Counted from the stretch's first letter, positions 50,246 through 61,731 are shown. The stretch: DNA of 64,000 nt from Candidatus Eiseniibacteriota bacterium (GCA_963717505.1 OY970342.1:2720001-2784000); one strand, 5' to 3'. Numbers and translations: made by a program. The notes: generated by a model not told the origin, from the letters alone.

Positions 50246-52719
50246 ATGGCGATCCCCGGCGGGCCGCATGATGCCGCGCGAGGATCGGCTCGACGCCGCC
50301 GGCGTGGCCGAGGGCGGTCGCACGCGCCGCCCGAACGGCGACGTTCCTCGTCATCGGCAAGCGCAACCGCAAGGTCGAGGGCCTGGCCAAGGTCACCGGC
50401 CGCGCGGTCTACACCGACGACCTCACGCTGCCGCGCATGCTGCACGGCAAGCTGCTGCGCAGCATCCACGCGCACGCGCGCATCCGTGTCGATCGACGCG
50501 AGCGCGGCGCTCGCGCTGCCCGGCGTGCACGCGGTGATCACCGGCCAGCGACCTGCCCGAGCTACTTCGGCATCATCCCGTGGACCCAGGACGAGCAGGC
50601 GCTGTGCGAGGACAAGGCGCGCTACGTCGGCGACGCGATCGCCGCGGTCGCGGCCGACAGCGAGCTGCTCGCCGAGGAGGCGCTCCGCGAAGATCCACGT
50701 CGAGTACGAGGTGCTGCCGGCGGTGATCGACGTCGAGACCGCGCTCGCGCATCCCGAGTGGAAGGTCAACGAGCAGGCGAAGGACGGCAACATCTCGAAG
50801 CAGGTCCACCTCGAGTTCGGCGACGTCGACGGCCGAGCTCGCGGCGAGCGACGCCGTGGTCGAGGGCGAGTACTGGTACGAGGGCTCGACCCACACGCCG
50901 ATCGAGCCGCACTGCGCGCTCGCCGACTTCGACCCGACCGGCTTCCTGACCGTGTGGTCGAGCACCCAGGTCGCGCACTACCTGCACCGCGACCTGGCCA
51001 AGGTGCTGGGCCTGCCGACCCAGCGCATCCGCGTGATCCAGCCGGTGGTCGGCGGCGCGTTCGGCGGCAAGAGCGAGCCGTTCTCGCTCGAGTTCTGCGC
51101 CGCCAAGCTGGCGATGATCACCGGCCGGCCGGTCAAGATCCTCTACACGCGCGAGGAGGTGTTCTACGCGCACCGCGGCCGCCACCCGATGCGGCTGCAC
51201 TACCGCACCGGCGTCAAGCGCGACGGCACGCTGACCGGCGTCGACGCGCAAGATCCAGATCGACGGCGGCGCCTACTCGTCGTTCGGGCTGGTCACCACC
51301 TACTACTCGGGCCAGCTGCTGACCGCGCCCTACCGCATGCCGCGCCTACCGCTTCGACTCGACGCGCGTGTTCACCAACAAGCCGTGCTGCGGACCCAAG
51401 CGCGGCCACGGCTCGGTGCAGCCGCGCTTCGCGTTCGAGTGCCAGCTCGACAAGCTCGCCGAGGCGATCGGCATCGATCCGATCGAGCTGCGGCGGCCGC
51501 AACTTCCTCGGCGAGAACACGCGCACCGTCAACGGCATGCGCGTCACCTCGAACGGCTTCCCCGAGTGCCTCGACGCGGTCGAGCGCGCGTCGGGCTGGA
51601 CGCGCGAAGTTCCGCCGCATGCCCTACGGCCGCGGCCTCGGCGTCGCCGGCAGCATGTACATCACCGGCACCAACTACTGCATCTACCCGAACGAGATGC
51701 CGCAGTCGGCGCGTCCAGCTCAAGCTCGACCGCAGCGGCCGCGCGACCGTGTTCTGCGGCGCCTCCGACATCGGCCAGGGCGTCGGACTCGGTGCTCGCC
51801 TACATCGTGTGCGAGGAGCTGGGGCTCGAGCTGCGGCGACGTGCGCGTCGTCGCCGCCGACACCGACCTCACCCCGGTCGACCTCGGCTCGCTACTCGAG
51901 CCGCGAGACGTTCATGGTCGGCAACGCCTGCCTGGACGCGGCGCGCAAGCTGCGCGCGCAAGGTCGCGCGAGGCGCTGGCCGAGCGCTGGGGCGTGCGCG
52001 CCGGGCGAGGTCACGCTCGCCGGCGGCGTCGCGTGCTGCGATGCGCGACCCCGCGCAGCACGTGCATGACCGTCCGGGAGGCGTTCCAGCTCGCCGAGGC
52101 GCGGTTCGGCACGCTCGGCTCGGTCGGCTGGTACCAGAGCCCCAAGCTCGGCGGCGACTACCGCGGCGGCACGATCGGCGCCTCGCCCGCCTACTCGTTC
52201 ACCGCGCACGTCGCCGAGGTCGAGTGCGACGCCGAGACCGGGCGCGTCGAGCGTGAAGAAGATCTGGGTCGCGCACGACTGCGGCCGCGCGCTGAACCCG
52301 GTCACGGTCGAGGGCCAGATGGAGGGCAGCGCCTACATGGGCTTCGCCGAGGCGCTGCTCGAGGAGCAGGTGTTCAAGCCCGCCGCCTCCGGCCACGGCG
52401 CCGGGCTCCACCACGGGCCGTCGCTGCTCGACTACCGCATCCCGACCTCGCTCGACACGCCCGAGCTCGAGTCGCTGATCGTCGAGTCGATCGATCCCGA
52501 GGGCCCGTACGGCGCCAAGGAGGCGGGCGAGGGGCCGCTGCACCCGAGCATCCCGGCGATCGCCAACGCGATCTACGACGCGCTCGGCGTCCGCTGCGAC
52601 CGGCTGCCCTTCCACCCGCCGCGGGTGCTGCGGCCTGCTGCGACGCGGGCGATGCCCGGGCCCACTGGGAGAAGGCGCGCGCCCAGGTCCGCGGCACCGG
52701 CGTCGGCGCGGAACGGTAG
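50246..52719 (+). CDS. xanthine dehydrogenase-family molybdopterin-binding subunit (4-hydroxybenzoyl-CoA reductase alpha-like), many frameshifts
   Basis: [66 protein letters not shown]; boundaries approximate. Confidence 0.85.
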
Positions 52720-52725
52720 CGACCC

Positions 52726-53726
52726 ATGCTGACGCTCCCGGCCTTCGAGTGGGTGAAGCCGCGCTCGCTGGACGAGCTGCTCGGGCATCTTCGCGAGCAC
52801 GGCCGCGAGAGCCTGATCGTCGCGGGCGGCACCGACGCGGTGCCGAACCTCAAGCATCGGCTGCACGAGCCGCGCTTCGTCGTGTGCATCGGCGGCGTGG
52901 CCGAGCTGCACCGCGTGCGCGACGAGGCCGACGGGCTTCATCTGGGCCCGCTGGCCACGCTGAGCGACGATCGCGCGCGACGCGACGATGCGCGCGCGAC
53001 TTCCCGTCGCTCGCCAAGGCGGCCGGACTCGTCGCGGGTCCGCAGCTCCGCAACATGGGCACGCTCGGCGGCAACCTGTGCCTCGACACGCGCTGCACCT
53101 ACTACAACCAGACCTACTTCTGGCGCGAGGCGCTCGGGCTTCTGCCTCAAGAAGAGCGGCACGCGTGTGCCACGTGGTGCCGACCGGCAAGCGCTGCGTC
53201 GCGGCGCACTCCTCGGACGTCGCGCCGGTGCTGATCGCGCTCGAGGCCGAGGTCGAGATCGCCGGGCCGGACGGCGCGACGCATCGTATCCGGTCGAGGA
53301 GTTCTTCGTCGCCGACGGCATCCACAACAACGTGCTCGAGCCCGGCGAGGTGGTGACCCGGATCTTCGTGCCGGCACGCTCGCGCGGCGCTGCAGCGCCG
53401 GCTACCAGAAGCTGCGGCCGCGCGCCGCCATCGACTTCCCGATGCTGTCGGTGGCGTTCGCCGCGCGCATGAACGGTGCGGGCTGCGCCGGCGGGCGCCT
53501 GGTGGTGAGCGCGATCGCCGCCAAGCCACGAACCATCTCGGCGGGTCGACGCCATCGTCCAGGGCCGGCCGCTCGACGACGCCGTGGCGCGCGAGCTGGG
53601 CGCAGGCCGCGTACAAGCAGTGCCATCCGCTGATCAACGTTCCCTACGATCAGGACTACCGGCGCCGAGATGGTGCCGGTGTTCGTGCGGCGCGCGGTAC
53701 TCGAAGCCGCGGGAGGGACCTCGTGA
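52726..53726 (+). CDS. FAD-binding subunit with extra [4Fe-4S] loop (HcrB-like), frameshifted
   Basis: AGGTD, QLRNMGTLGGNLCLDTRCTYYNQ..FWR....FCLK...CHVVPTGKRCVAAHSSDVAP. Confidence 0.85.
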
Positions 53727-54666
53727 CCGAATACGATCCCCACGACCTGCCGGGCCCGACCCGCGACGCCGACGTCTGGACCGCGCTGGCGCAGTGGCGC
53801 GCCGAACGCCGCACCTTCGTGCTGGCGACGGTGATCGAGTCGCGCGGCTTCACGCCGCGCAAGCCGGGCGCCCACATGCTGATCGGGACCGATGGCGCCA
53901 CGGTGGGCACGATCGGTGGCGGCGCGATCGAGCACGAGGTGCTGCGACGCGCGCGCGGCGCTGCTGGCGCGGACTCGGCGAGCAGGCGTCGACCTCGGTG
54001 CAGCGACATCTGACCCAGGAGCTGGGCATGTGCTGCGGCGGCGAGATGACGGTGTTCCTCGAGCGGATGGACCCCGCACCGCGGCTGTTCGTGTTCGGCG
54101 CCGGCTACATCGCCAAGCCCGCTGGCCGCGATCGCCGCCGGCTGCGGCTTCGAGGTGACCGTGGTCGACGCGCGCCCCGAGTGGGCGACCGCGGAGCGCT
54201 TCCCGACTTCTGCGGTTCTGGTGCGCGCGCCCGAAGAGGTCGCTCGCGCGTTGCCCAGCACCGATGCGGACTTCGCCGTCGTGGTGACCCACGACCACGC
54301 GCTCGACCAGCAACTGGTGCAGGCGCTGCTGCGTCAGCCCGCTGCGCTTCCTGGGCATGATCGGCAGCATTCCCAAGCAGCGGAAGTTCGCGCTCCGGCT
54401 GCGAAGCTCGCGGCTTCAGCGACGCCGACATCGCCCGGCTGCGCACGCCGCTCGGCCTCGCGATCGGCGCTGCGACGCCGGAGGAGATCGCGGTCAGCGT
54501 GGTGGCCGAGCTGGTTGCCGTCCGCCGCGGGGCCGACGTCGAGGCCGGCTGGACGCCGCCGGCACGGGCCGGGCGGGCCGCCTCGACGTTCGCCGAGGGC
54601 GAGCCCGTCAGCGAGACCCAGGTCGATCCGGCGATGGCGCCAGACCCCACGGAGGCTCGCTCGTGA
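53723..54666 (+). CDS. xdhC: XdhC/CoxI family Moco chaperone, frameshifted
   Basis: GFTPRKPGAHM, GTIGGGAIE, LGMCCGG, VFGAGYIA, VTHDHALD, GMIGS, TPEEIAVS. Confidence 0.88.
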
Positions 54667-55334
54667 TCGCGGGCGTTCTGCTCGCCGCCGGCGCCTCGAC
54701 CCGCATGGGCAAGAGCAAGCCGCTGGTCCGCGAGGGCGGCCAGTCGTTCGCGGCCCGCGGCATCCGCCACCTGTGGAGCACGTGCGATACGGTGGTCATG
54801 GTGCTCGGAGCGAACGCCACTCGCATCCGGCGCGACGTCGAGCTGGAGTTCGCCCGGCTCATGGAATCGGGCGCGCTGCGGCCGGACCTCAAACACGCGC
54901 ACGGACACGGATCGCGCGACCTCGAGGTGCAGATCGTGGTCAACCGCGCCTGGCGCGCGGGCATGTACGGCTCGGTGCGCGCCGGGCTCGCGAGCGCGCT
55001 CGGTTCCAAGCCCGAAGCGGTGATGGTGCTGCCGGTCGATCATCCGGACGTCCATGCGCGCACACTCGAGATCCTCGCGTCCACGATTCGGGGAGCGCTG
55101 GCCGCGTGCAAGACGCCGCGCGAGCGGCGCGGGCTGGCCTACGCCGTGGTTCCGCGCTATCGTCGCCGGCGCGGACACCCCGTGGTGATGACTCCCGCCC
55201 TGGCCGCCGCGATCGCCGCGGATCGCGACGCCGAACACCTGAGCGATGCCCTTCGTCGTCATGCCCGGCTGGTCGGCTACCTCGACGTCGCCGATGCCGG
55301 TGTGGTTCGCAACGTCAACCGACCCGCTGACTGA
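54663..55334 (+). CDS. molybdenum cofactor cytidylyltransferase (MocA-like NTP transferase)
   Basis: LLAAGASTRMGKSKPL, GMYGSVRAG, LPVDHP, RGHPVV, NVNRPAD. Confidence 0.8.
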   Translation: MIAGVLLAAGASTRMGKSKPLVREGGQSFAARGIRHLWSTCDTVVMVLGANATRIRRDVELEFARLMESGALRPDLKHAHGHGSRDLEVQIVVNRAWRAGMYGSVRAGLASALGSKPEAVMVLPVDHPDVHARTLEILASTIRGALAACKTPRERRGLAYAVVPRYRRRRGHPVVMTPALAAAIAADRDAEHLSDALRRHARLVGYLDVADAGVVRNVNRPAD

Positions 55335-55353
55335 TTTCTTGAAAGGAAGGTTC

Positions 55354-57705
55354 ATGGACAGAAACGCGCTGCGAACCTGTTGGCTGCTCGTCGCCCTATT
55401 GGCTTCGGGTTGCACGTCCGTCGCCCAGAAGCCTGCCTCCGGCGGCCTCGATCGCACGGTGCTTCCGGTGGCCGAGCCGGCTGTGGCGCCGATCACCGAG
55501 CAGGACGCGCGCAAGGCGACCGCGCCGCCCAGGTTCGAGGTCAAGGCTCCGGACGGTGCCCCCAACGTGGTGATCGTGCTGATCGACGACATCGGCTTCG
55601 GCCACAGCAGCACGTTCGGCGGGCCGATCGACATGCCGACGCTGCAGGGCCTGGCCGATAACGGCCTGCGCTTCAACCGCTTCCACACGACCGCGTTGTG
55701 CTCGCCGACCCGCACCGCATTGCTGACCGGGCGCAACCATCACATCAACAACGCCGGCGCGATCATGGAGGTGGCCACCAGCTTCCCGGGCAACACTGGC
55801 GTGCGCCCGAACAGCGTGACCCCGCTGGCGCAGATCCTTCGTATGAACGGATACAGCACCGCGGCGTTCGGCAAGTACCACGAGACGCCGCCGTGGGAGG
55901 CGTCGGTCTCGGGACCCTACGATCGCTGGCCCACCGGCTCAGGATTCGACAAGTTCTACGGTTTCATCGGCGGCGAGACCAACCAGTGGTCGCCCGCCAT
56001 CTACGACGGCGTCACCCGGGTCGAGCCGGAGCTTGGCCCCGATTATCACTTCACCACCGACATGACCGACCACGCGATCGCGTGGTCGCGCTTCCAGCAG
56101 GCGTTGACCCCCGACAAGCCGTTCTACATGTACTTCGCTACCGGCGCGACTCACGCGCCGCATCATGCGCCCAAGGAGTGGATCGCCAAGTACAAGGGCA
56201 AGTTCGATCAAGGGTGGGACGTGCTGCGCGAGCAGACCCTGGCGCGCCAGATCGAGTTGGGCGTGGTGCCGGCGGGGACGAAGTTGACCGCACGACCGGA
56301 GCAGATCCCGGCGTGGGACTCGTTGACCGATGATCAGAAGCGCCTATTCGCGCGCCAGATGGAGACCTTCGCAGGATTTGGGGCGCACACCGACCACGAG
56401 GTCGGGCGCCTGGTCGATGCGCTGCGCGACATGGGCGAGCTGGACAACACGCTGTTCATCTACATCGTCGGCGACAACGGCTCGAGCGCCGAGGGTGGGC
56501 CCGATGGCACCTACAACGAAATCCTGGCGCTCAACGGGATTGTCAGCGACGTGTCGTCGCAGCTCTCGCACATCGACGAGTGGGGCGGACCGAACACGTT
56601 CCCGCACTTTGCCGTGGGTTGGGCGCACGCCGGCAACACGCCGTTCCAGTGGACCAAGCAGGTGGCGTCGCACTTCGGCGGTACTCGCAACGCGATGGTC
56701 ATGCACTGGCCCAAGGGGATCGCCGCCAAGGGTGAGGTGCGCTCGCAGTTCCACCACGTGATCGACGTGGCGCCGACCGCCCTCGAGGCGGCCGGTCTGC
56801 CCGAGCCGACCATGGTCAATGGCACGCGGCAGTATCCGATGGACGGTGTCTCGATGATGTACGCCGCCGCTGACGGCGCCGCCAAGGATCGCCGCACCAC
56901 CCAGTACTTCGAGATGTTCGGCAATCGCGCCATCTACCACGACGGTTGGGTCGCGGCGACGCGTCACTCGATTCCGTGGCTCATCGTCGAAAACCCGCCA
57001 TTCGACCAGGACAAGTGGGAGCTGTACAACGTGGCCGAGGACTTCAGCCAAGCCAACGATCTGGCGGCCCAGAATCCGGCGAAGCTCAAGGAACTCCAGG
57101 ATCTGTTCGTGAAGGAAGCGATACGCAACCACGTGTTCCCGCTCGACGATCGGCGTGTCGAGCGCTTCAACCCGGCGATCGCCGGGCGCCCGGACCTCAT
57201 CGGGGACCGCACCTCGCTCACGCTGTACGAGGGCATGACCGGGATCGCGGAGAACGCCTTCATCAACATCAAGGGCCGGTCCTCGAGCATCACCGCCGAG
57301 GTGGAAGTTCCGTCGGGCGCGAGCGGCGTGATCATCGCCCAGGCCGGCCGCTTCGGCGGCTGGAGCCTGTACATGAAGGGTGGACGCGCGCATCACGTGT
57401 ACAACTTCGGTGGACTCGAGCGAACCACGGTGTCTTCGGGCGTTTTGTCGCCTGGCCGCCACACGCTGCAGTACGAGTTTGCGTATGACGGCGGTGCTCC
57501 GGGCTCCGGAGGAGTCAGCAAGCTCAGCGTCGACGGCAAGCCGGCCGGTGAGGCGCGCGTGCAAAAGACCATGCCGTTCGTGTATTCCGCGGACGAGGGC
57601 ATCGACGTTGGGATGGACAACGAAACTCCGGTGACCGAGGAGTATCGCGAAGGCCACAACAAGTTCACCGGCAAGATCCTGAGAGTGACGGTGGAGGCGA
57701 AATAG
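55354..57705 (+). CDS. arylsulfatase (Cys-type, lipoprotein)
   Basis: Lipobox LASGC; PNVVIVLIDDIG, CSPTRTALLTGRNHH, GKYH, HAPHH, GDNG; GGAAGG RBS. Confidence 0.93.
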   Translation: MDRNALRTCWLLVALLASGCTSVAQKPASGGLDRTVLPVAEPAVAPITEQDARKATAPPRFEVKAPDGAPNVVIVLIDDIGFGHSSTFGGPIDMPTLQGLADNGLRFNRFHTTALCSPTRTALLTGRNHHINNAGAIMEVATSFPGNTGVRPNSVTPLAQILRMNGYSTAAFGKYHETPPWEASVSGPYDRWPTGSGFDKFYGFIGGETNQWSPAIYDGVTRVEPELGPDYHFTTDMTDHAIAWSRFQQALTPDKPFYMYFATGATHAPHHAPKEWIAKYKGKFDQGWDVLREQTLARQIELGVVPAGTKLTARPEQIPAWDSLTDDQKRLFARQMETFAGFGAHTDHEVGRLVDALRDMGELDNTLFIYIVGDNGSSAEGGPDGTYNEILALNGIVSDVSSQLSHIDEWGGPNTFPHFAVGWAHAGNTPFQWTKQVASHFGGTRNAMVMHWPKGIAAKGEVRSQFHHVIDVAPTALEAAGLPEPTMVNGTRQYPMDGVSMMYAAADGAAKDRRTTQYFEMFGNRAIYHDGWVAATRHSIPWLIVENPPFDQDKWELYNVAEDFSQANDLAAQNPAKLKELQDLFVKEAIRNHVFPLDDRRVERFNPAIAGRPDLIGDRTSLTLYEGMTGIAENAFINIKGRSSSITAEVEVPSGASGVIIAQAGRFGGWSLYMKGGRAHHVYNFGGLERTTVSSGVLSPGRHTLQYEFAYDGGAPGSGGVSKLSVDGKPAGEARVQKTMPFVYSADEGIDVGMDNETPVTEEYREGHNKFTGKILRVTVEAK

Positions 57706-57707
57706 CC

Positions 57708-58730
57708 ATGCGTTTCATACCGGCAACCAGTTTCGTCCTGGCGCTCGCTACCCCGGTCTTCGCTGCGTCGCGCGGCGACCTGTTGGTGGTGCTCAACAAG
57801 TCCGATCACGACGTGGCGTTGGTCGATCCCACCACGCTCAAGGTGGTCAAGAAGCTCAAGACCGGCAAGGGCCCGCACGAAGTCGCGATCTCGCCGGACG
57901 GCCGTTGGGCGTTCGTCACCAACTACGGCGCCTTCGGTCTGTTCAAGCCCGGCGAGCCGCCGCAGCGCGAGCCCGGCAACTCGATCACCGTGATCGACCT
58001 CGACAAGCAGTCGGTCGCACGCACGATCACGCTCGAGGGCTACTCGATGCCGCACGGCATCCAGGTCAGCCGCGACGGCAAGCGCTTCTGGGTGACGTGC
58101 GAAGAGAACCAGGCGGTGCTCGAAGTCGAGATCGCGAACGGCAAGATCGTGGCGAGCTGGAAGACCGGAGCCGAGATCAGCCACATGGTGGTCGTGACCC
58201 CCGACGAAAAGAAACTCTATGTCGCCAATATCCGGTCCGGCAGCGTGACCGTGATTGATCGCGCCAGCGGCTCGGTGCGTTCGATCCCGACCGGGGATGG
58301 CGCCGAAGGCATCGACATGGCCCCCAACGGACGCGAGGTGTGGATCGCCAACCGCGGGGCCAACACCGTGTCGGTGATCGACGTCGCCACCGACTCGCTG
58401 GTCGCCAATCTCGAGAGCGGCGGCGAGTTCCCGATCCGGTCGCAGTTCACGCCCGACGGCAAGGAAGTCCTGGTGTCGAACGCGCGCAGCAACAAGGTCG
58501 TGGTGTTCGACGCCGCCACCCGCGAGCGGGTCGCCGATATCGAGGTCGGCACCATGCCGATCGGGATCGAGATCACGCCGGATGGCTCGCACGCCTACAT
58601 CGCGAACACCAACGACAGCCGGGTGACGGTGATCGACATCAAGCAGCGCAAGGCAACCGGCACGTTCACCACCGGCAAGGAGCCGGACGGCATGGGCTGG
58701 GCGCCGCGACCGGCGGCCAAGAAGTCGTAA
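57708..58730 (+). CDS. secreted YncE/YVTN-type beta-propeller protein
   Basis: Signal peptide; repeats PHEVAISPDG..FVTNY, YVANIRSGSVTVID, YIANTNDSRVTVID. Confidence 0.85.
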   Translation: MRFIPATSFVLALATPVFAASRGDLLVVLNKSDHDVALVDPTTLKVVKKLKTGKGPHEVAISPDGRWAFVTNYGAFGLFKPGEPPQREPGNSITVIDLDKQSVARTITLEGYSMPHGIQVSRDGKRFWVTCEENQAVLEVEIANGKIVASWKTGAEISHMVVVTPDEKKLYVANIRSGSVTVIDRASGSVRSIPTGDGAEGIDMAPNGREVWIANRGANTVSVIDVATDSLVANLESGGEFPIRSQFTPDGKEVLVSNARSNKVVVFDAATRERVADIEVGTMPIGIEITPDGSHAYIANTNDSRVTVIDIKQRKATGTFTTGKEPDGMGWAPRPAAKKS

Positions 58731-58736
58731 CCGCGC

Positions 58737-59486
58737 GTGTCTATCGAGGACGAGGACGACTGGAGCGGGCTGAGGCTCGCAGGTCGAGCCGCGGCGGCGG
58801 CGCTCGAGGCGATGCGCGTCTCGGTCGCCCCCGGTCTGACCACAGCCGAGCTGGACGCGATCGGACGCGCGGTGCTCGAACGGCATGGGGCCCGTTCGGC
58901 GCCCCAGCTCGTCTATCAGTTCCCCGGCGCCAACTGCATCAGCCTGAACGACGAAGTCGTTCACGGCATTCCGGGGTCGCGCGCGATCCAGCCTGGCGAC
59001 GTCGTGAAGTTGGACGTGACGGCCGAGCTGGGCGGCTACATGGCCGACACCGCGTGCACGGTCGTGGTGGGCCCGGCGGACCCATTGGCCCAGGAACTTG
59101 CGGCCTGCGCCGAGGCCGCATTCCAGGCGGCTCTGAAGGCCGCTCGTGCCGGAGCGCTCGCTCGCGACGTCGGTCGTGCGATTCAGGGCGTGGTCGAAGG
59201 CCATGGATTCTCCTGCGTCGAGGGCCTGAGCGGGCACGGCATCGGTCGCACGATCCACGAGCCGCCGACCATCCCCAACGTCGACGACCCCGACGCCACC
59301 GAGCGCCTGGAGGAAGGCATGGTGCTGACGATCGAGCCGATCATCGCGGCAGGGTCGGGACGGGCCTACCTGGCAAGCGACGGCTGGACGGTGCGCACCC
59401 ACGACGGGCGGAACGCAGCGCACTTCGAGCACACTGTGGTGATCGGCAAGGGCGCCCCGACGATCCTGACGACGCTCGCGGCGTAG
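58737..59486 (+). CDS. map: type I methionine aminopeptidase
   Basis: CISLNDEVVHGIP, DVVKLDV, ADT, GHGIGRTIHEPP, TIEPII, AHFEHT. Confidence 0.95.
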   Translation: MSIEDEDDWSGLRLAGRAAAAALEAMRVSVAPGLTTAELDAIGRAVLERHGARSAPQLVYQFPGANCISLNDEVVHGIPGSRAIQPGDVVKLDVTAELGGYMADTACTVVVGPADPLAQELAACAEAAFQAALKAARAGALARDVGRAIQGVVEGHGFSCVEGLSGHGIGRTIHEPPTIPNVDDPDATERLEEGMVLTIEPIIAAGSGRAYLASDGWTVRTHDGRNAAHFEHTVVIGKGAPTILTTLAA

Positions 59487-59514
59487 CTCAGGGGACCCCT
59501 TGCCTCGGCGTCGA

Positions 59515-59554
59515 CCGTTAGTTGGGCCTAACGGAACTCGCTCTGGAGCGAGTT
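59515..59554. terminator. two adjacent hairpins between convergent genes (possible bidirectional terminator)
   Basis: CCGTTAG-ttgggc-CTAACGG and AACTCGCTC-tg-GAGCGAGTT; no clear U-tract. Confidence 0.4.
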
Positions 59555-59559
59555 GACCT

Positions 59560-59889
59560 CTAGTCGTCGAACCACAACGCCCCGTCCCGCTCCTCGACCT
59601 CGAGTCTCGTGAGCTTCGACCCGACGCACGGCCCGTCGAAACACTCGCCCGTCTCCGGCCGGTATCTCGCCCCGTGATGGCAGCACACCAGCGCGTCATA
59701 CTCGTCGTCGAAGTAGCGCGCATCGCCAAAGTCCAACGGCAGCGACTGGTGCCGGCAGGTGTTCACGTAGGCGTAGAGCCTGCCTCGATAACGCACCACG
59801 AACGCCTCGCGGCGTACGCCATCGCGGACGATCTCGAACTTGAGTCCGCCGCCCTCGCGCAGGCGTGAAGCGTCTTCCAGGATTCTCAT
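59560..59889 (-). CDS. Rieske [2Fe-2S] ferredoxin-like protein
   Basis: NTCRH...LVCCHHGARY...GECFDGPC. Confidence 0.88.
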   Translation of the reverse strand: MRILEDASRLREGGGLKFEIVRDGVRREAFVVRYRGRLYAYVNTCRHQSLPLDFGDARYFDDEYDALVCCHHGARYRPETGECFDGPCVGSKLTRLEVEERDGALWFDD

Positions 59890-59989
59890 CACGTGACACT
59901 GGCCCGTCCCGGGCCGCCGTGGCAAGATGGTGGCCGGCACCCGGTCGTCCGACCCCCGGCGCCCACGCCCCATCCTCTCCGGAGACCCG

Positions 59990-60550
59990 ATGGCCACGCG
60001 CCCGTTGATCGCCGTGTTCGGCAGCAGCACCGTCCGACCGGGGGATCCAGCCTACGCGCTCGGCCTCGACCTGGGGCGCGCGATCGCCGCCGCAGGCGCC
60101 GACGCCATGACCGGCGGCTACAGCGGCACCATGGAGGCGGTTTCGCGCGGGGCCCACGAGACCGGCGGGCACGTGATCGGGGTCACCGTCGAGTTGTTCG
60201 AAGCCCGGGGGCCGGTCAACGATTGGGTGCGTGAGCGGGTGCACACGACCGACCTCTACGAGCGCCTCCGTCACCTGGTCGAGCGCGCCGACGGGTTCGT
60301 CGTGCTCCCGGGCAGCATCGGAACGCTCACCGAGCTGTTCCTTGCCTGGACGCTGGTCAGCGTCGGCGGACGTCACGCCGCACCGATCGTCCTCCTTGGG
60401 CCGCACTGGAAGGAGTTCATTCAGGCGCTCCGCCATCCGGACATGGTCCTGCCGCACCTGTTCGAGCACGTTCAGGTCACGGAGTCGCCCACAGATGCCG
60501 TGCGCCTGGCACTGGCCGAGCGCGAAGCCGGAGCGGGAGAAGCTCGATAA
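59990..60550 (+). CDS. LOG family nucleotide phosphoribohydrolase-like protein
   Basis: AVFGSS, TGGYSGTMEA, ERL, LPGSIGTLTELF. Confidence 0.88.
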   Translation: MATRPLIAVFGSSTVRPGDPAYALGLDLGRAIAAAGADAMTGGYSGTMEAVSRGAHETGGHVIGVTVELFEARGPVNDWVRERVHTTDLYERLRHLVERADGFVVLPGSIGTLTELFLAWTLVSVGGRHAAPIVLLGPHWKEFIQALRHPDMVLPHLFEHVQVTESPTDAVRLALAEREAGAGEAR

Positions 60551-61731
60551 TGGCGACCCGCACCGCGCCGGATTCGCTGATTCACTGGCGAACCGAGTTC
60601 CCGACGGTCGAGACAGCGCTGCACTTCATCTCGCACTCGCTCGGGCGCGATGCCGCGTTTCGCCGAGGAGGCGCTGCGGCGCTACACGCACACCTGGAAG
60701 ACGCGCAGCATCCGCGCATGGGACGAAGGGTGGTTCGCCCTGCCGACCGAGATCGGAAACCTGCTCGGCTCGATCTTCAACGCCGAGCCCGGCTCGATCA
60801 CGATGTTCGAGAACGCGACCATGGCCGAGGCGGTGGCGCTGTCGGCGTTTCGCTTCGAAGCGCCGCGCAATCGCCTGGTCTGCACTGCGGAGGATTTCCC
60901 GTCGATGCTGTACCTGTACGAGGGGCTTGACGCAGCGCGGCGCCGAGGTCGTGCTCGTGCCGGCGCGCGAGGACCACCACATCGCCGAAGCCGACATCGT
61001 GGCCGCGATCGACGAGCGCACCGCTGTCGTCGCGATCTCGCACATGTTGTTCCGCAGCGCCCAGGTGCTGGATCTCGCGCCGATCGTCGCCAAGCGCACA
61101 CGCAGTCGGGGGCGCTGGTGCTGATCGATGCTTACCAGTCGATCGGCACCGTACCGCTCGACGTCCAAGCCTCGAACATCGACATGCTCGCCGGTGGCTC
61201 GGTCAAGTGGCTGTGCGGCGGACCAGGCGCCGGCTACCTGTACGTGAGTCCGCGGGTGGCGCCGAAACTCGAGCCCGCGATCACCGGCTGGATGACGCAT
61301 GAGCGGCCGTTCGACTTCGAACCCGGTCGCTCGCGCGCGACACCGGTGCGCGGCGGTTCTGGATCGGCACACCGGGGATCCCGGCATTCGTCGCGGCCCG
61401 CGCGGGCTATGACGATCGTCGCCGGAATCGGGGTGGCCGCGATCCGCGCCAAGTCGCTGCGCCAGACCGATCGCATGATCGCCTGGGCGGATGAGTTCAG
61501 GATGACGCTGGGATCACCGCGCGAGCCGGAGCGGCGCGGCGGCACGGTTGTGCTCGACGTGCCGAATGCCGAGTCTGCGTGCCTCGCGCTGCTGGGCCGC
61601 GGACGTGCTGCTCGACTACCGCCCGGGTGTGGGGCTGAGGTTCGCGCCCCACTTCTACACTCGGGACGAGGAAGTGGACCTGGTCATGACCCGCCGGTCC
61701 GCGACGCGGTCGCGGCGTCACGCGCAAATAG
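60550..61731 (+). CDS. class V PLP-dependent enzyme (kynureninase-like), frameshifted
   Basis: HFISHSLG, FPSMLY, DAYQSIGTVP, GSVKWLCGGPG, RFAPHFYT. Confidence 0.8.
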
